A stretch of 64,000 nucleotides of DNA. Origin: Lingula anatina (Eukaryota > Animalia > Brachiopoda). Location of the stretch: positions 620,001 to 684,000 of the forward strand of contig CM120649.1 of the NCBI GenBank assembly GCA_051362555.1. Direction: 5' to 3'. A program made the translations under genes and the position numbers. The notes under the pieces are model-generated. The model was given only the letters and a program-made list of their open reading frames with translations, searched no databases and was not told where the DNA came from. Position 1 is the stretch's first letter, and every line of letters starts with the position of its first letter. Below, piece after piece: positions 39,655 to 52,539 of this stretch.

Positions 39655-40902
39655 TAGGAAGAATATTACATCCATAACAAAATCTTCTATTTTATGACGC
39701 AGGTTATTTATTTGCTTTATAGGAAAATAACATGTAAGCTATCGTTGCAACTACCCTGCTTGTATTAAAAGTAACATTACCATTAAAATATTTGGGCTAC
39801 ATGTACATGACCTGCCTTGAGTGTCAGGGCCACTGTAATGCTAGCTTGCTAATTATTCAAAGCTTTACAGTTAGTTTTGCTGATTTGCTGGGTTATATAT
39901 GAAATCAAGATCGAATTGGCAAAACTGAATTCTAGAACCTAGGGTAGGTAAACGACACCCCTCCGATTTTCCAACCTTTATCATACCTTTCCTGGCAATC
40001 GCCATAACTCTGTAACAAATCTGGAAGAAGTGAAAGATAAAAACCTACGCATAAGAGGAGGTTTACTAAATACTCCATTCGTTTTCATTTGATTCGAGCT
40101 TCAGATATCGCGAGACTCTATAGGCGTTAGAACGGTGTTGCCAGCTTTTCCTGTGAGGGAGATGTTTGAATTAAAAATATAATTTTCAACACAAAAACGC
40201 CACTGTCACGTCATCAGCTGGAATAAGTAAATTTCCCCAGTGGTATTTGTGATGTAACATCATCATCTAATAACATGACCATATGTATTTTGCATTATTG
40301 AAACGGCTAAGGAAATAGATGCTTACATGTGAAGCTGCCTCAAGAATCCGAGGGAATATAATGCACATGTAGACTAGTTAGAGGGAGCTAGAAATACTTT
40401 TGCCTCCTTATGACATTTCACTAGGACGAACTTTGGCCGTCTTGGATCCCTTTGTTCATTGTTAAAGGTACATACGAACCGAGCATCGGTGGAGCGTGGA
40501 TTCTCAGTAACAAATGTAAACCACTTCTACTAGTTTCTTATATGACTCAAATAAATTCGGCATCCCAAGGGAAAAACTGAATTGATCACTTGATCAGCCA
40601 TTAAAGAGCTTTAGACTGCTCCTTTCTTTAAATTTTTGGTCGGAAATTTAACCTAGTGTCGTGACCTACTTTTTTGCCCCATAGACATTCAGCATAGAAT
40701 GCTAGCAGAAAAATCCGTTCAAACATCATTTTCGGGTAAAATTAAACAATGCCTATTGGTAATTCTCTTAGTTATACTACTTGAAACTATATGCTGGCAT
40801 TTGGTTGGTTTTTGTGGCCAAAAATTGACTTTGTTTGCATCTTTAAATACTGTAAATGGTGAGAAGTTTTATATTTACGCAACTAGAAGAATTGATTCAA
40901 AC

Positions 40903-43016
40903 GTACCATGGCCCATAGAAGCCTACGCGTGCGTCTTTTAGACGCCCCTTTACATGCGAAAACGACAAGGCCTATGCCGAGTTCGTCTTTTACTACAGAG
41001 CTTTGAGAGCCGAAAATGACATAACAATGCTTATTTCGTAACGCACGGACTGCCATACATGCAAAATTGCCTTGTGCCAAGTCGCATTTGTCTTTTACTG
41101 TGAAATTTATACTTTTAAAAGACACTGTTATAAAACATAAAATAGGCATGACATGTGTGATTTTCGCAGCTGAATAAGTAGACCCTTATAAACGAACTTG
41201 ACGTGACCTTGAGAGTCATGTCGCTTTCATCTTTAACATACCTTCAACAAAATCTATCTCCACACAGACGCACAAGACATGTACTATTGGACATGGGTCA
41301 GTTGAAACCCATTGACCTAAAGGGCTCATGTTACTTTCAGCCAACTCTTATATGTCAAATCCAATTTTAATTGAAATTTGAAACCGAAGTGCTGTCCCAA
41401 AACATTTTTCATTTAAATCCCATCATAATTTAGTGCTATCTAGATAACAGTGTGGCTAATTGCTTGTAATAGTTATATGGCTTCACAATTTTATTTTCAA
41501 GGATTCAAATGTAAAGGGTTTTAAGACAGTCCTTCTGTTTCAAATTAATTGGCTGGAGTCCTTGCGTTACGAAATAAGCATTGCTATGTCAATTTTGCGC
41601 TTTATAAGTTGCACAGTATAAGGGAAGTTTGGCGTAGACAAACGATGTTTTATGGCGACGGTTAACTTAATTGATTTCATGGGCCGTTGCGAACTTTCAT
41701 TAGCGGGGGGAAACAGCATCTGGTATTACCAGGTTAGGAGCGTAAACAAGGTATTGGCATCTGGAATTCACTGTATTAAGCTCCTTGAAATTTATCTGCC
41801 CATCGGGGAGACCCGGCAGCTTTGAAGCGTCACTTTTGCTGAAATTTGCAGCACTAAATCCGGGACTCTCTTTTAGGCACGCACTGCCGCATTTATTCAG
41901 TAAACACTGGTACTCGGCCTCACTTTGCTTTAAGTTCTCTGCAAAGCATAGCATTCAAGATTGATTATACAAGTTGCGCCTCGCTGGAAATTTTTTCGTT
42001 TGGTCTGTGACTGTTTACTGCTTTACTTATTACGAATTCGTTTGTGCGACTCTGGGATCTAACCCTAGCTTGAATAGACTTTATTGAGAAACGGAACATT
42101 CACCATTGCAATTTATTCCTTTATTGCCTCACTGACGATCTTTGTTTGTGTTAAGTTTTGTGTCTGCCAGTATACCTCTTGATCGGTTTTGTTTGAGGGA
42201 CTCACGGATCCAACCTAGAAGGAGACTCGTACGTGAAGCGGATTTTTCATTTTACAAGTAAGATTTTCTTTTCATTACATTTAAGTTATCCTTGATCAGT
42301 TGGCTATGGCGGTCCTTATAATCGGTCACTCCTTCGTTTATTTGGCCTCTTTGCAACCCCACAAATGAAAATATTTGCACTATTTGTTTTGATATTTATT
42401 TTTAAGAGATAACATTACGTAATTTTAACTAATAACAATTTTTAATGCTATATAATATCTAACACCATTCTGTACTAGAGGGACCTTTCAATAAAAGCGG
42501 CCGCTACCGGCCAAATTTCAAACACTATTTATCTGTGTTTGTCATTTACTTATCCTTTGGCTTGGGTTAACATTTAAGTTTAGTTTAGTTTAGTCTAGTT
42601 TATCTCACTGTAACATATGCATCCACTTGTGTGGATGAAAATGAAAATATGAATACAATTTTTGTGAATATGCTATTAATGAGGAGACATAAAGACAAAT
42701 GCAGCGCGGACCTGGTAAATTTCGCACCTATGGGTCTCAGTGAATGAGGGACAAGACATAATTATGTGAATTTCGAGTTTTATAACATAGCCATTTGAAG
42801 CTCAAAAATCCACAGTAAGAGATGAACGCGAGATTGACATTGGTCGTGTCAATCTCGCATCTATGAAGTTCAGTAAGTGGCGAAACAGACACAGCCATGT
42901 CATTTTCGGCTCTCAAAGCTCTGTAATAAAAGACGAATGCGGCATAGGCCTTGTCGTTTTCGCATGTAAAGGGGCGTCTGAAAGACGCACGTGTAGGCTC
43001 CTATGGGCCATGGTAC
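40903..43016. mobile_element. 2.1-kb non-autonomous DNA transposon with ~120-bp TIRs and 4-bp TSD (AAAC); superfamily unassigned
   Basis: GTACCATGGCCCATAG...GCCGAAAATGACAT at 40903-41022 is inverted at 42897-43016. AAAC occurs at 40899-902 and 43017-020. The paralogous site near 33100-33160 lacks the insert. Confidence 0.85.
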
Positions 43017-43514
43017 AAACGACCAAAAAATACCAAAGTTCACTTTAATTTAAAGCCTCGATTTCAAGTAAATTGCAAAATTAAATAAATCAAGTATTTA
43101 CCCTGTTCTTTTCCTTTATTTATTTCTCAATTAAAGGGCTATATAAAATTTTGAAATAATTACAAAGACCACGTCCAAGTACAACAAGACAAACTTTAGA
43201 CTTTTATGAAGCAGAAATTTTATTAACTTCAAAACGTTTACATTTCTTCATTTTATTACCAAGGTATACCATTTCCAGAACTGTTATTAAAATCATTAAC
43301 AATAACCCCGTCTTTGAATTCTCAGTTTCCCTTTTTAAGTCATTTGAGAAACGTTCACAATTCGAATTAAAAATTTTAAAAATATTGGGTGGTAAAGTAT
43401 CTGTTTATACACAAAATGCTGACCGTAGAACGCCTGCAATTCTATAAAAAATTCCAAAGAATTACTTCCCTCAGAAAGATCTACAGCTGTTTTAAGAGCT
43501 ATTAACAAACAAAA

Positions 43515-45116
43515 TCAATCCATTTTTGTCAGATCGTATCCGAACAGCTGTGCATCCGTTCGTAGAACTTCCAGCAACCTGCGTAGATCTGCTTCCTCCA
43601 CCTCAGCGTAGCTCTCTTTCATTTTTTGTGCGGTGTCACCGTGAACCCTGTGACGGGCTGCAGTATCGTTCACGGATTCCAGAGATGGAAATGTGAAATT
43701 TGCACTGATTAATTTCAAGAAGTTTGAGGCGTCTTCTTTTTCTTCTAAATGACCAATGATATCATATTGAACAGAACAAGGGTCGCAAAGCTGGAAGTAT
43801 TCAGCCCAATGGTCGTCTCCCAATCTTTTTTCTCTTGTAAGGACCCCTTTACTGGGGTCATAGCTCTTTATGATAAACCCGACAAAACTCTTCAAGGAAA
43901 CGGTACCACCATTTTGTGTTTTGAGCATTTTGAAAAGATTGGCCAAAACTGTATTTCCATCTGCCAGCATTCTGTACGCTGATAATATTCGAACTAACGG
44001 ATGTCGTACAAATACCACCTTTAGATAGTCCCTTAGAATTACTTCTTTTTTCCTACGATGGAGATTTTGAAAATGAGTAATAGGGCGGTAGAATGTTCTT
44101 GACTTCTCTTGTACTTCAAACAAAGTTGTTGATGGTGCAAGTTTTCCAGCCAGACGGAGAAATACAAAGCGCCAATTCATTATTGCAACTTTTGGAATAC
44201 CACAGAATAGTATCTTCTTTTCGTCATCGACATATCCATAACTTAACTTGTAAATGCCAGTGGCAAAAGGAGGCGTTGGCCTTGGTTTCGAACCAGACTG
44301 ATGTATAAGTCTTTGACATTGTGCCATTACGTCGTGTTTTCTGCGGCTCATTTCTGCTAGCCATGTTTTAGGCACAGCGTCCCATTTAAGATGATTGAAA
44401 CGGTATGCAAGCTCGTGCGGTGAATTGGGAACGCTACTGTTATGTTTATAAAGTCCAGGCGCCCATTTACCGTACACCCTAAAAGACAAGAAACATTAAT
44501 TATATAACAAAATATTGCATATGTGTGTGTATGAGAGAGAGAGAGAGAGAGAGAGAAATACCAAGGTTTTTGCTTACAAAGATAAAAAATATATGCATTC
44601 CCCTAGTCTGTCTGTAACGCTAGCACGTGTATTCTATTTATACTTGTTAGATGATGCAGTCAAGTTCCTAAATATCACGAAACGTTTTCTACGAAGATGG
44701 TGTGTTATTTTCTGAGTGTGGTTTCCTTCGGTTGGCAATTTTGCTTATGTGCCTATTTGGTTATGATGTTGTCTAACTCTCTGAATGGTTGTCATGGAAC
44801 AACCCTACTTTCTGGCAGTTTGGAGTTCAAAATTCTATCCTGTGTCAGCTGCTTGGTGTGCAATCTTAGCCCTCTCACTTATGAATCTCATTCAAAAAGT
44901 GTAATTAATGTTGAGATATTTTAGTCGTCATAATAGGCAGGTCAATGTTCTATAACTCACATCCTCAACTAACGCAATGATCAGTTGCCTTTTTATTATG
45001 CAATAATAAAGTTAAATCTGTTGGTACCCTTGTAGCAGTGTACACAGGGCCGGATTCATATTTTCTTACAGTCTTCCAAATTATCTTTGTTGGCCCAATC
45101 TCCACCCCTGCACTCT

Positions 45117-45202
<86 letters not shown>

Positions 45203-45209
45203 GTAAGCT

Positions 45210-45258
<49 letters not shown>

Positions 45259-46791
45259 CACACACATATATATGCAAAGAACGCATCAGTTTACATGAAT
45301 GATTGCAAATAGGTATGTGAAAGTGTAATAGTGCATACCAGTAGATGTATGTCGTCAGTTTGAACCCATATAGGACCAGTCTTCCTAGGTTTCTGACTCC
45401 CCTCACCACAGTTTGCAATCGCACACATAACTACAAATAAATGTGGAAGGAGCTACCTGGAAAAGGTAAGTTTTATTTTCTGGGTAAGTGAATACTCCCC
45501 GATGACGTGAAGAGCAATAGTAAGCTGAATAGCTATAACGTGACTACAAAACTGTTTAATATGGAGCGTCATTTTTAAAACTGTGATTACATATTGGAAG
45601 ATTGGAAATTCCTTATCACGGCTCAGAACGTCATGTCATGATTTGAAAAGAGGGGTACACATCAAAATATAGATCCTGAATTTAGATATTGTGATTATTG
45701 CTGCAATGCTTATAAAGAAGCATACATAGAGAACAACTACCATTTTGTGCTTGTGTGTCCACGGTAAAATTTCTATAGGGCCAAATATATCCCCCACATT
45801 CAGGCAAAAAGCTATTGAAATCTGAAGATGCAACTCTCTTAACAAACTTGTAAATGTATGTCTATGAGTGCCTCTAGCTAAAGGAGGGATAAACTTGAGT
45901 CATGTAATGTAATGATTTAACGAAGTTAACTTCTGTGTTTATTATATTTTATATGCATTTTATTGCTGTAGCATATGTACCCGACGGCTGTATGTGGCGG
46001 TAGTCGAATATTAATGACGTAACACATTCAGGGAATACGTGTACACACATCATATGATAATGCAAGCTACGTTAGAGGTAAGATTTTCACTGGTTGGGGG
46101 TGGGTGGGTGGGTGGGTGGGTGAGGGGGGTACATGTAGCCTTACGTCTTATCAGGGTATACTTCACACTGGATGTCCAACAACACTTCACATTTAAGAAG
46201 GGGCAGAAATAAAATCTACCTTAATCCCTGATCAGCTATCCGAGTTTACTCTGTTCAGTTATCATATTTATTTAGTATTTAAAAAGAACACAAAGTAGTA
46301 TTTTTGGGCCAAAATGCGCAATTCACAAATTATAACGGGGCTACAAAGCCAAATATTTCCTTGGCATTCAGGCAAATGTATTCAACTTTAATAAGCTCAT
46401 GAAATCTGAATATGCAACTCTCTTAACAAACTTGTCAATGTATGTGTATGAATGCTTCTAGCTAAGGAGTACATGTATGCAGGAGGCCTCAAATTGACTA
46501 CTTTTACTGTTATGTAATATAGGCTGATGGCCTAGATTTACGAAATAAACATTATTTTATTATAGGTAGAATATTACATCCATAACAAGAAGATCTACTT
46601 GTCTATGGCGTTGGTTATTCATTTTGCTTTATATGAATATAACATTTTAGCCAACGTTGCAACTCCCTGCTTCTATTAAAAGCTACATAACCATTAAAAT
46701 ATTCTACTTACCATGACCGAAAACTATGGGTAATCAGAAAACAAACAACTAATACGCAAGCCATCAATACGCTCAGGTACTGTAGTCTCAT
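43515..46791 (-). CDS. CHST11-like sulfotransferase, copy 4; exons 46791-46712 and 44478-43515
   Basis: Same motifs; the intron is enlarged by LINE fragments and microsatellites. Confidence 0.85.
45110..45272. repeat. Compound (CT)n/(CA)n microsatellite
   Basis: Read directly from the sequence. Confidence 0.95.
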
Positions 46792-47160
46792 CTTGCCTCT
46801 GTTTTCTCTTTACCTTTAATGTTCAAACGTAGTTACATAATGGGTTTATAACATGTATGTGTATTTTATTGCTGTAGCATATAGACCCGACGACAGCATG
46901 TTGCGGGGTGAATATTAATGGCGTAATACGTTCACGTAATGTATGTACAAACATAACATGATAATGCAAGTTACGTAAGAGGTAAGGTTTTTACAGGTTT
47001 TTTTTTTTTTTTTTTTGGGGGGGGGGTTGGAGTACATGTAGGCTTCGAACTGTATGTACCTCAACACTCCTATTTAGGAAGGGGGCTGAGTATAATTTAC
47101 TTTAATCCCTGATCAGCTATTTGAGTTTGCGCCGTTTTATTATGATATTTATGAGGTATT

Positions 47161-48830
47161 TAAAAGAACACAAAGGAGGATTTTGCGCCAAAATGCACAT
47201 TTAATGCATTTTCTCGGGGTAAACGGCAGTCTCTCCCATATATACCAACCCAAATCATTCCTTTTCTGACACTCGCCATAACTCTGTAACAGTTTTGAAA
47301 AAAGTCAATGATCAAAACCCGCACATAAGAGCAGCTTTTCCAAATAAGTCATTCATTTCCGATGACTCTTGCACTCTCAGATATCGCGAGACTCTCGCGC
47401 CGTGACTCACGCCCTTTTCAAACTTTGACAAGATGGCTGACTACTGAGGATGGACCAGTGCTAATGGAATTGATTTATTTTCTTTGTAAAATCAATTAAT
47501 GTGCTGTATGTGTAATTTCATGTTTTAAAAACCTTAATTGTCCTCAGAAAAGTTCATCAAGAAGCGATTTATTGTGTGACTGTTACGAGTTAAGGGTGTT
47601 TTCTCACTGTGTTTATAGTGTGTGGTAGCCTACATGTGTGTTCCGGATGGTAGAAATTATAGTCTATAATGTGTCCCACGATACCGTTTCAAACCATTTC
47701 CAATTTCTGTTGTAGATTTTGCTAAAATAAGTATAAATTAATAAATATTGATGGTTGTTAACCACACTAAATGTGCCAGATATTAGTAAGCCATCAGTAA
47801 AAAGCATATGACCCTTTGTCCTTTCGGAACAATTTATACCTTTTAACCTTTTATAATGTTGGTCATACGGCTAATTATGTACACACTCCTCCCCCCCCCT
47901 TCTAGCTTTCCTGCGATACTAACAGCCAAGGTCAAATGAGGGTAGTCGTCAATTTGACTGCTCCTATTGGCCTGCCGACTCACCACATTAATAGCGTAAA
48001 AAAATTCCAGTCTAAATGTTCAAATTGGCATATTGGCTTGGAATATGAAGTTAACGGACCCAAAACTGGCTACTTTGGGATATATGGAGCTCATAACACT
48101 CCCAGTATTTTACACTTGTGAAAAATGGAATAGAATGTTTATTTCTATTTTCTGGTCAGACCTTATGGACTATTAGGCCGGACTACCGCTGTGGTAGTCC
48201 TAGGAATAGAAGTCCCGGTTCCATATGATTAGCTCAGGTTAGGGTTAGTTGGAGTATTGGGGTTAGTATATGGGACGACTATCACCTGTACAACGTAATG
48301 GGGAATGGACTACGGCTCCTAGCCGACTACCATTCCTGTCACACCGGTTAAGATTTGAAATGGCTGCTCTTTGAACATTCATTAGATATTTAAATACTTT
48401 ATTCAGATAGCATTTGGTTTCCAGAGGGCGTGACATTTTAGGTTACAATCCATTTGGTTGTTTTTGAAGATAAAAATTAAAAAAAAAAAAAACAATAAAA
48501 AAGCGTCAATAAGAATGTGATATCGAAAGCGTTGCAATAGTTATTTTCTCAGTGGTTTGTGAAATAAATTGGTACATTATTGCAGACGGAATATTTACTG
48601 GAAAATTGTATCAATACAAAGGAGTTATTAGCTTGATTTGGACTAACAGGGTATATGTCTTTAATATATATTTTCGTTGCACCTAACATGGGTTCAATCT
48701 TTTGATGTCCCCCTTGCCCCATTTTAAAACATTTGACTGTGTTATCGTGAACATGCATAAAGGAAGAATATCAAATGTGCAACCTTTAGGTTTCTTGACA
48801 AGGACGCAGGTAATTCCTTCTGCTTTTTAA
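47161..48830. mobile_element. Possible Kolobok-like non-autonomous element co-duplicated upstream of sulfotransferase units (related segments ~39950-40130, 51800-52540, 53540-54820, 60470-60980)
   Basis: Begins ttaa|aagaacacaaagga and ends with a weakly inverted ttccttctgcttt|ttaa. The shared core gatatcgcgagactctcgcgccgtgactc...ttgacaagatggctgactac occurs in several copies. The TIR match is weak. Confidence 0.35.
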
Positions 48831-49763
48831 GCAACGTCAGGAAAAGTTGGGTCTAACCTGATTGTATTTTATAATATTTAACATTGAATGCTTCTGGTTA
48901 CTTTTTTCCAAGACCAAACTTTTTGGGTTCTCAGAACAAGCAAGCAATTATCGTTACCACGATTTTTTCTTTTTTATTTGCTGCTTATTAAGCTACACGC
49001 CCTTCCGTTTAACCGCAACATATAATAGTGCTCTATATATGCAGGTGCTCTAAAATTCCTTAGCAATATATAACGGTTACACTTAAGTGTTTTAGGTGAA
49101 TCGATACGTTTACATGTCCTAAATTGACCAAAAAGCTTTTTATGTACAGATGCATTGCGTCTGTATATATGGCCATTACCTCTGTCTTCGCCGGTGACAC
49201 CGTCGTTGTCCTGCACGGTCGATAAGTGGAAAACCATTTAAACTTTTGCCTTCAAACTTAAAAAACTGATGAATTATAGTAAAAGGACAGGCCAAGTTAG
49301 AAAATCTGCTTGATTGGACCGTTTTTCCGAAAGTTATACAGTTTTTGTTTCTCTTTTTTCAACATAAATACCATACATATAACACATTTTTAGCGGAAAA
49401 GCCATTGATCTGTCTTCAATCTTTCAGGGATGATCAATATCATCAATATTCCTACAACACAGGTCGAGTTCCAAAACCAGTGCAGCCCCTGATCAGATTA
49501 TTTTGTCTAGAATTATGATTTATTTAGAAATGAAGCTCGAGTCGGAAAGTCAATCAGATTTGATTCTTTTCCTGGGAGTTATGCCTTTTTTTTGTCTAAT
49601 TTTCATTTTCTCATCACTGCATTTTCATTGAGGACTTAAAACTCCCACTGGCATTATTCCGTTTGGTAGTTATAATTTCTGAATGTGCATGAAAAAATTC
49701 ACAGAATAAATTCTCACAAAATTGAAAGAGAAGCTTGGAGATCGAGTTTTTTTCCAAACATAA

Positions 49764-51561
49764 TCAATCTATTTTTGTCAGATCGTATCCGAACAGCTGT
49801 GCATCCGTTCTGAAAACCTCCAACAACCTGCGTAGATCTGCTTCCTCCACTTCAGCGTAGCTCTCTTTCATTTTTTGTGCCGTGTCACCGTGAACCCTGT
49901 GACGTTCAGCCGTATCGTTCACAGATTCCAGAGATGGAAATGTGAAGTTTGCACCGATTAATTTCAAGAAGTTTGAGGCGTCTTCTTTTTCTTCTAAATG
50001 GCCAATGATATCATATTGAACAGAACAAGGGTCGCAAAGCTGGAAGTATTCTGCCCAATGATCGGATCCAATTCTCACATTTCGATCCATGACCCCCTTC
50101 TTAGGGTCATAGCTCTTTGTGATGTGGCGAACAAAATGACTGAAACGCACTGTTTGCCTGACCCCACTTCGTCTTTTCAGTCTTCTGAAAAGCTTTGACA
50201 CGGCCAGATTCCCGTCCATCATCATTCTGTACGCTGATAATAACCGAGCTAACGGATGTCGTACAAATATCACCTTTACATAGTCCCTTAAAATTGCTGC
50301 TTTTTGTCCCTGATTGGCTTTTTGAAAGTGATTAATAGCACGATAAAATCTTTGTGAATTTTCTTGTACTTCAAACAAAGTTGTTGATGGTGCAAGTTTT
50401 CCAGCCAGACGAAGAAATACAAAGCGCCAGTTCATTATTGCAACTTTCGGAATACCACAGAATAATATCTTCTTTTCGTCATCGACATATCCAAACGGTA
50501 TATTGCATATTATAGTGGCAAATGGAGGCGTTGGTCTTGATTTCAATCCAGACGAGTTTATTAATCTTTGACACTGTGCCATTACGTCGTGTTTTCTTCG
50601 GCTCATTTTTTCTAACCATGTTTTTGGCACAGCGTTCCATTTAAGTTGATTGAAACGGTATGCAAGCTTGTGTGGTGAATCCGGAACGTTATTTTTATGT
50701 TTATAAACTGCAGGCTCCCATTTACTGTTCATCCTGGAAGAACAAGTGCTATTAATTATATAGGAATTTATACTCCCAAGTGTTTCCCCTTATGCAATGA
50801 GTACAGTGATACAGGAAATCTAGTCATGAAACAATGTTTTTATTCAACTACTAACATGTTTTTTTCACCAAGTGATTTTTTGCAAGTGCTGCCCATTCTT
50901 TCTGCAAAATTATTTTAAACAATAATCTGCAAAAATATAAATAAATGATTTAAAGAAAGATTATTTGTTTTAGGAACCCTCAAAGAATGTGATATAAGTC
51001 TCCATGTAAGGTGTCCTCTGACCACTGAATAAGACTGCCCCCATACTTATAAAGACTACTTAACATATATTGTTTAAAGGAAATTAAAGTCGTGCTAATT
51101 ATCTATAATATATCACAATACTTTACATTTAGAAACATCCTTGATTTTGAAAATCTATGTGTGAAAAAAACCTGAATTATGAGGTTTCCGTCTTTCTATA
51201 CAGATTTTCATCAAAATTAAATCAGCTGAACCCCTCCGTGCCACATTTAGAAAGGGTTCTCTTGTTTTTTGTACACAAAGATAAGAAGAATATTATACTT
51301 GAAACAAGAAGACACAGCTAAAAAGAATATTATATTCATAACAAGAAGATCTAATTGCCTATGACGCAGGTTACTCATTTTGCTTTATATGAAAATAACA
51401 TTTAAGCTAACGTTACCACTACCCTGCTTGTATTAAAAGTTACATTTCCATTATAAATCATTTTGGCTGTTGTCTACTTACCTTGACCGAAATCTTAGGG
51501 CAAACAGAACATAAACAACCAATACACAAATCATTAATACGCTCAGGCGCAATAGTCTCAT
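49764..51561 (-). CDS. CHST11-like sulfotransferase, copy 5 (most divergent centre); exons 51561-51482 and 50733-49764
   Basis: Same structure and motifs; frames intact. Confidence 0.86.
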
Positions 51562-52539
51562 CTCGCCTCCGTTTTCTCTTTTCCTGGAATACTTTTGGCC
51601 TCGTTCTCCACTGTGTTTAAAATATTTGATATGCGTTTTAATGCTGTAGCTACAGACATAACCGCATTGGTTGGCGTTAATCGAATATTTATCATGTCAT
51701 ACGTTGCGTAATACGTGTATAAAGAACAGTTCAAGGGAGCAGAGTAAAATCTACCTAAATCTCTGATCAGATATTCGACTTTATTCCGTTATCATATTTA
51801 AAACGTATCCAGAGTAGTATTGTTATTCCAACATACAGATTTCACGAATTATCCCGGGGTAAATTACATTCCCCCACCCCCGCTTTGCCAACCTTTACCA
51901 TTATTTATAATTCCTTTCCGAGACTCGCCATACCTCCATAGCAATTTAGGAAGAAGTCAAGTATCAAAACCCTCGCATAAGATGTTTTCCAAATACACCA
52001 TTCATTCTCGTACTAGACTTTAAGATATCGCGAGACTCTTGCGCTGTGACTCGCGCTCTTTTCAAACTTTGACAAGATGGCTGACTACCAAGTTTGGACA
52101 AGGTCCGCTCAATTTTTTTCAAGAAGGGAGTGGCCTTTAAGGTTATTCTACATTTGACCGTTTTTGAAGATTAATTAAAAACAAAAAATGTCGAAAAGTT
52201 TCATTAAGAGTGTGATATCAAAATCGTTGCAGGATGTATATTGTCAATGGCTTGTGAAATGTATTGATACGTTATTGTAAGCAGACGGAATATTAGCTGG
52301 AAATGTATCAGTCTATTTCGCAATAAAAAGACGTTTTAATCCCGCCTAACAGGGTACATGTCTCTAATATAAATTTTCATCACACCTAACCTGGGTTTAA
52401 TATTCTGATGCCCCCCCCCCCCCCATTGCCACATTTTAACACATTTGACTCGTGTTATCGTGACCACGCACATAGAAAGACTATCAAATGTGCAACCTTA
52501 AGGTTGTCTTGACTAGGACGCAGGTAATTCCTTCTGCGT

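Noticed and set aside
35689-49237. Duplicated ORF (M)VFHLSTV.D.DG.TGEDRGNG (35689..35883 and 48974..49237)
   Set aside because: It lies in co-duplicated intergenic flank, and its start, length and frame are not conserved between the two copies.
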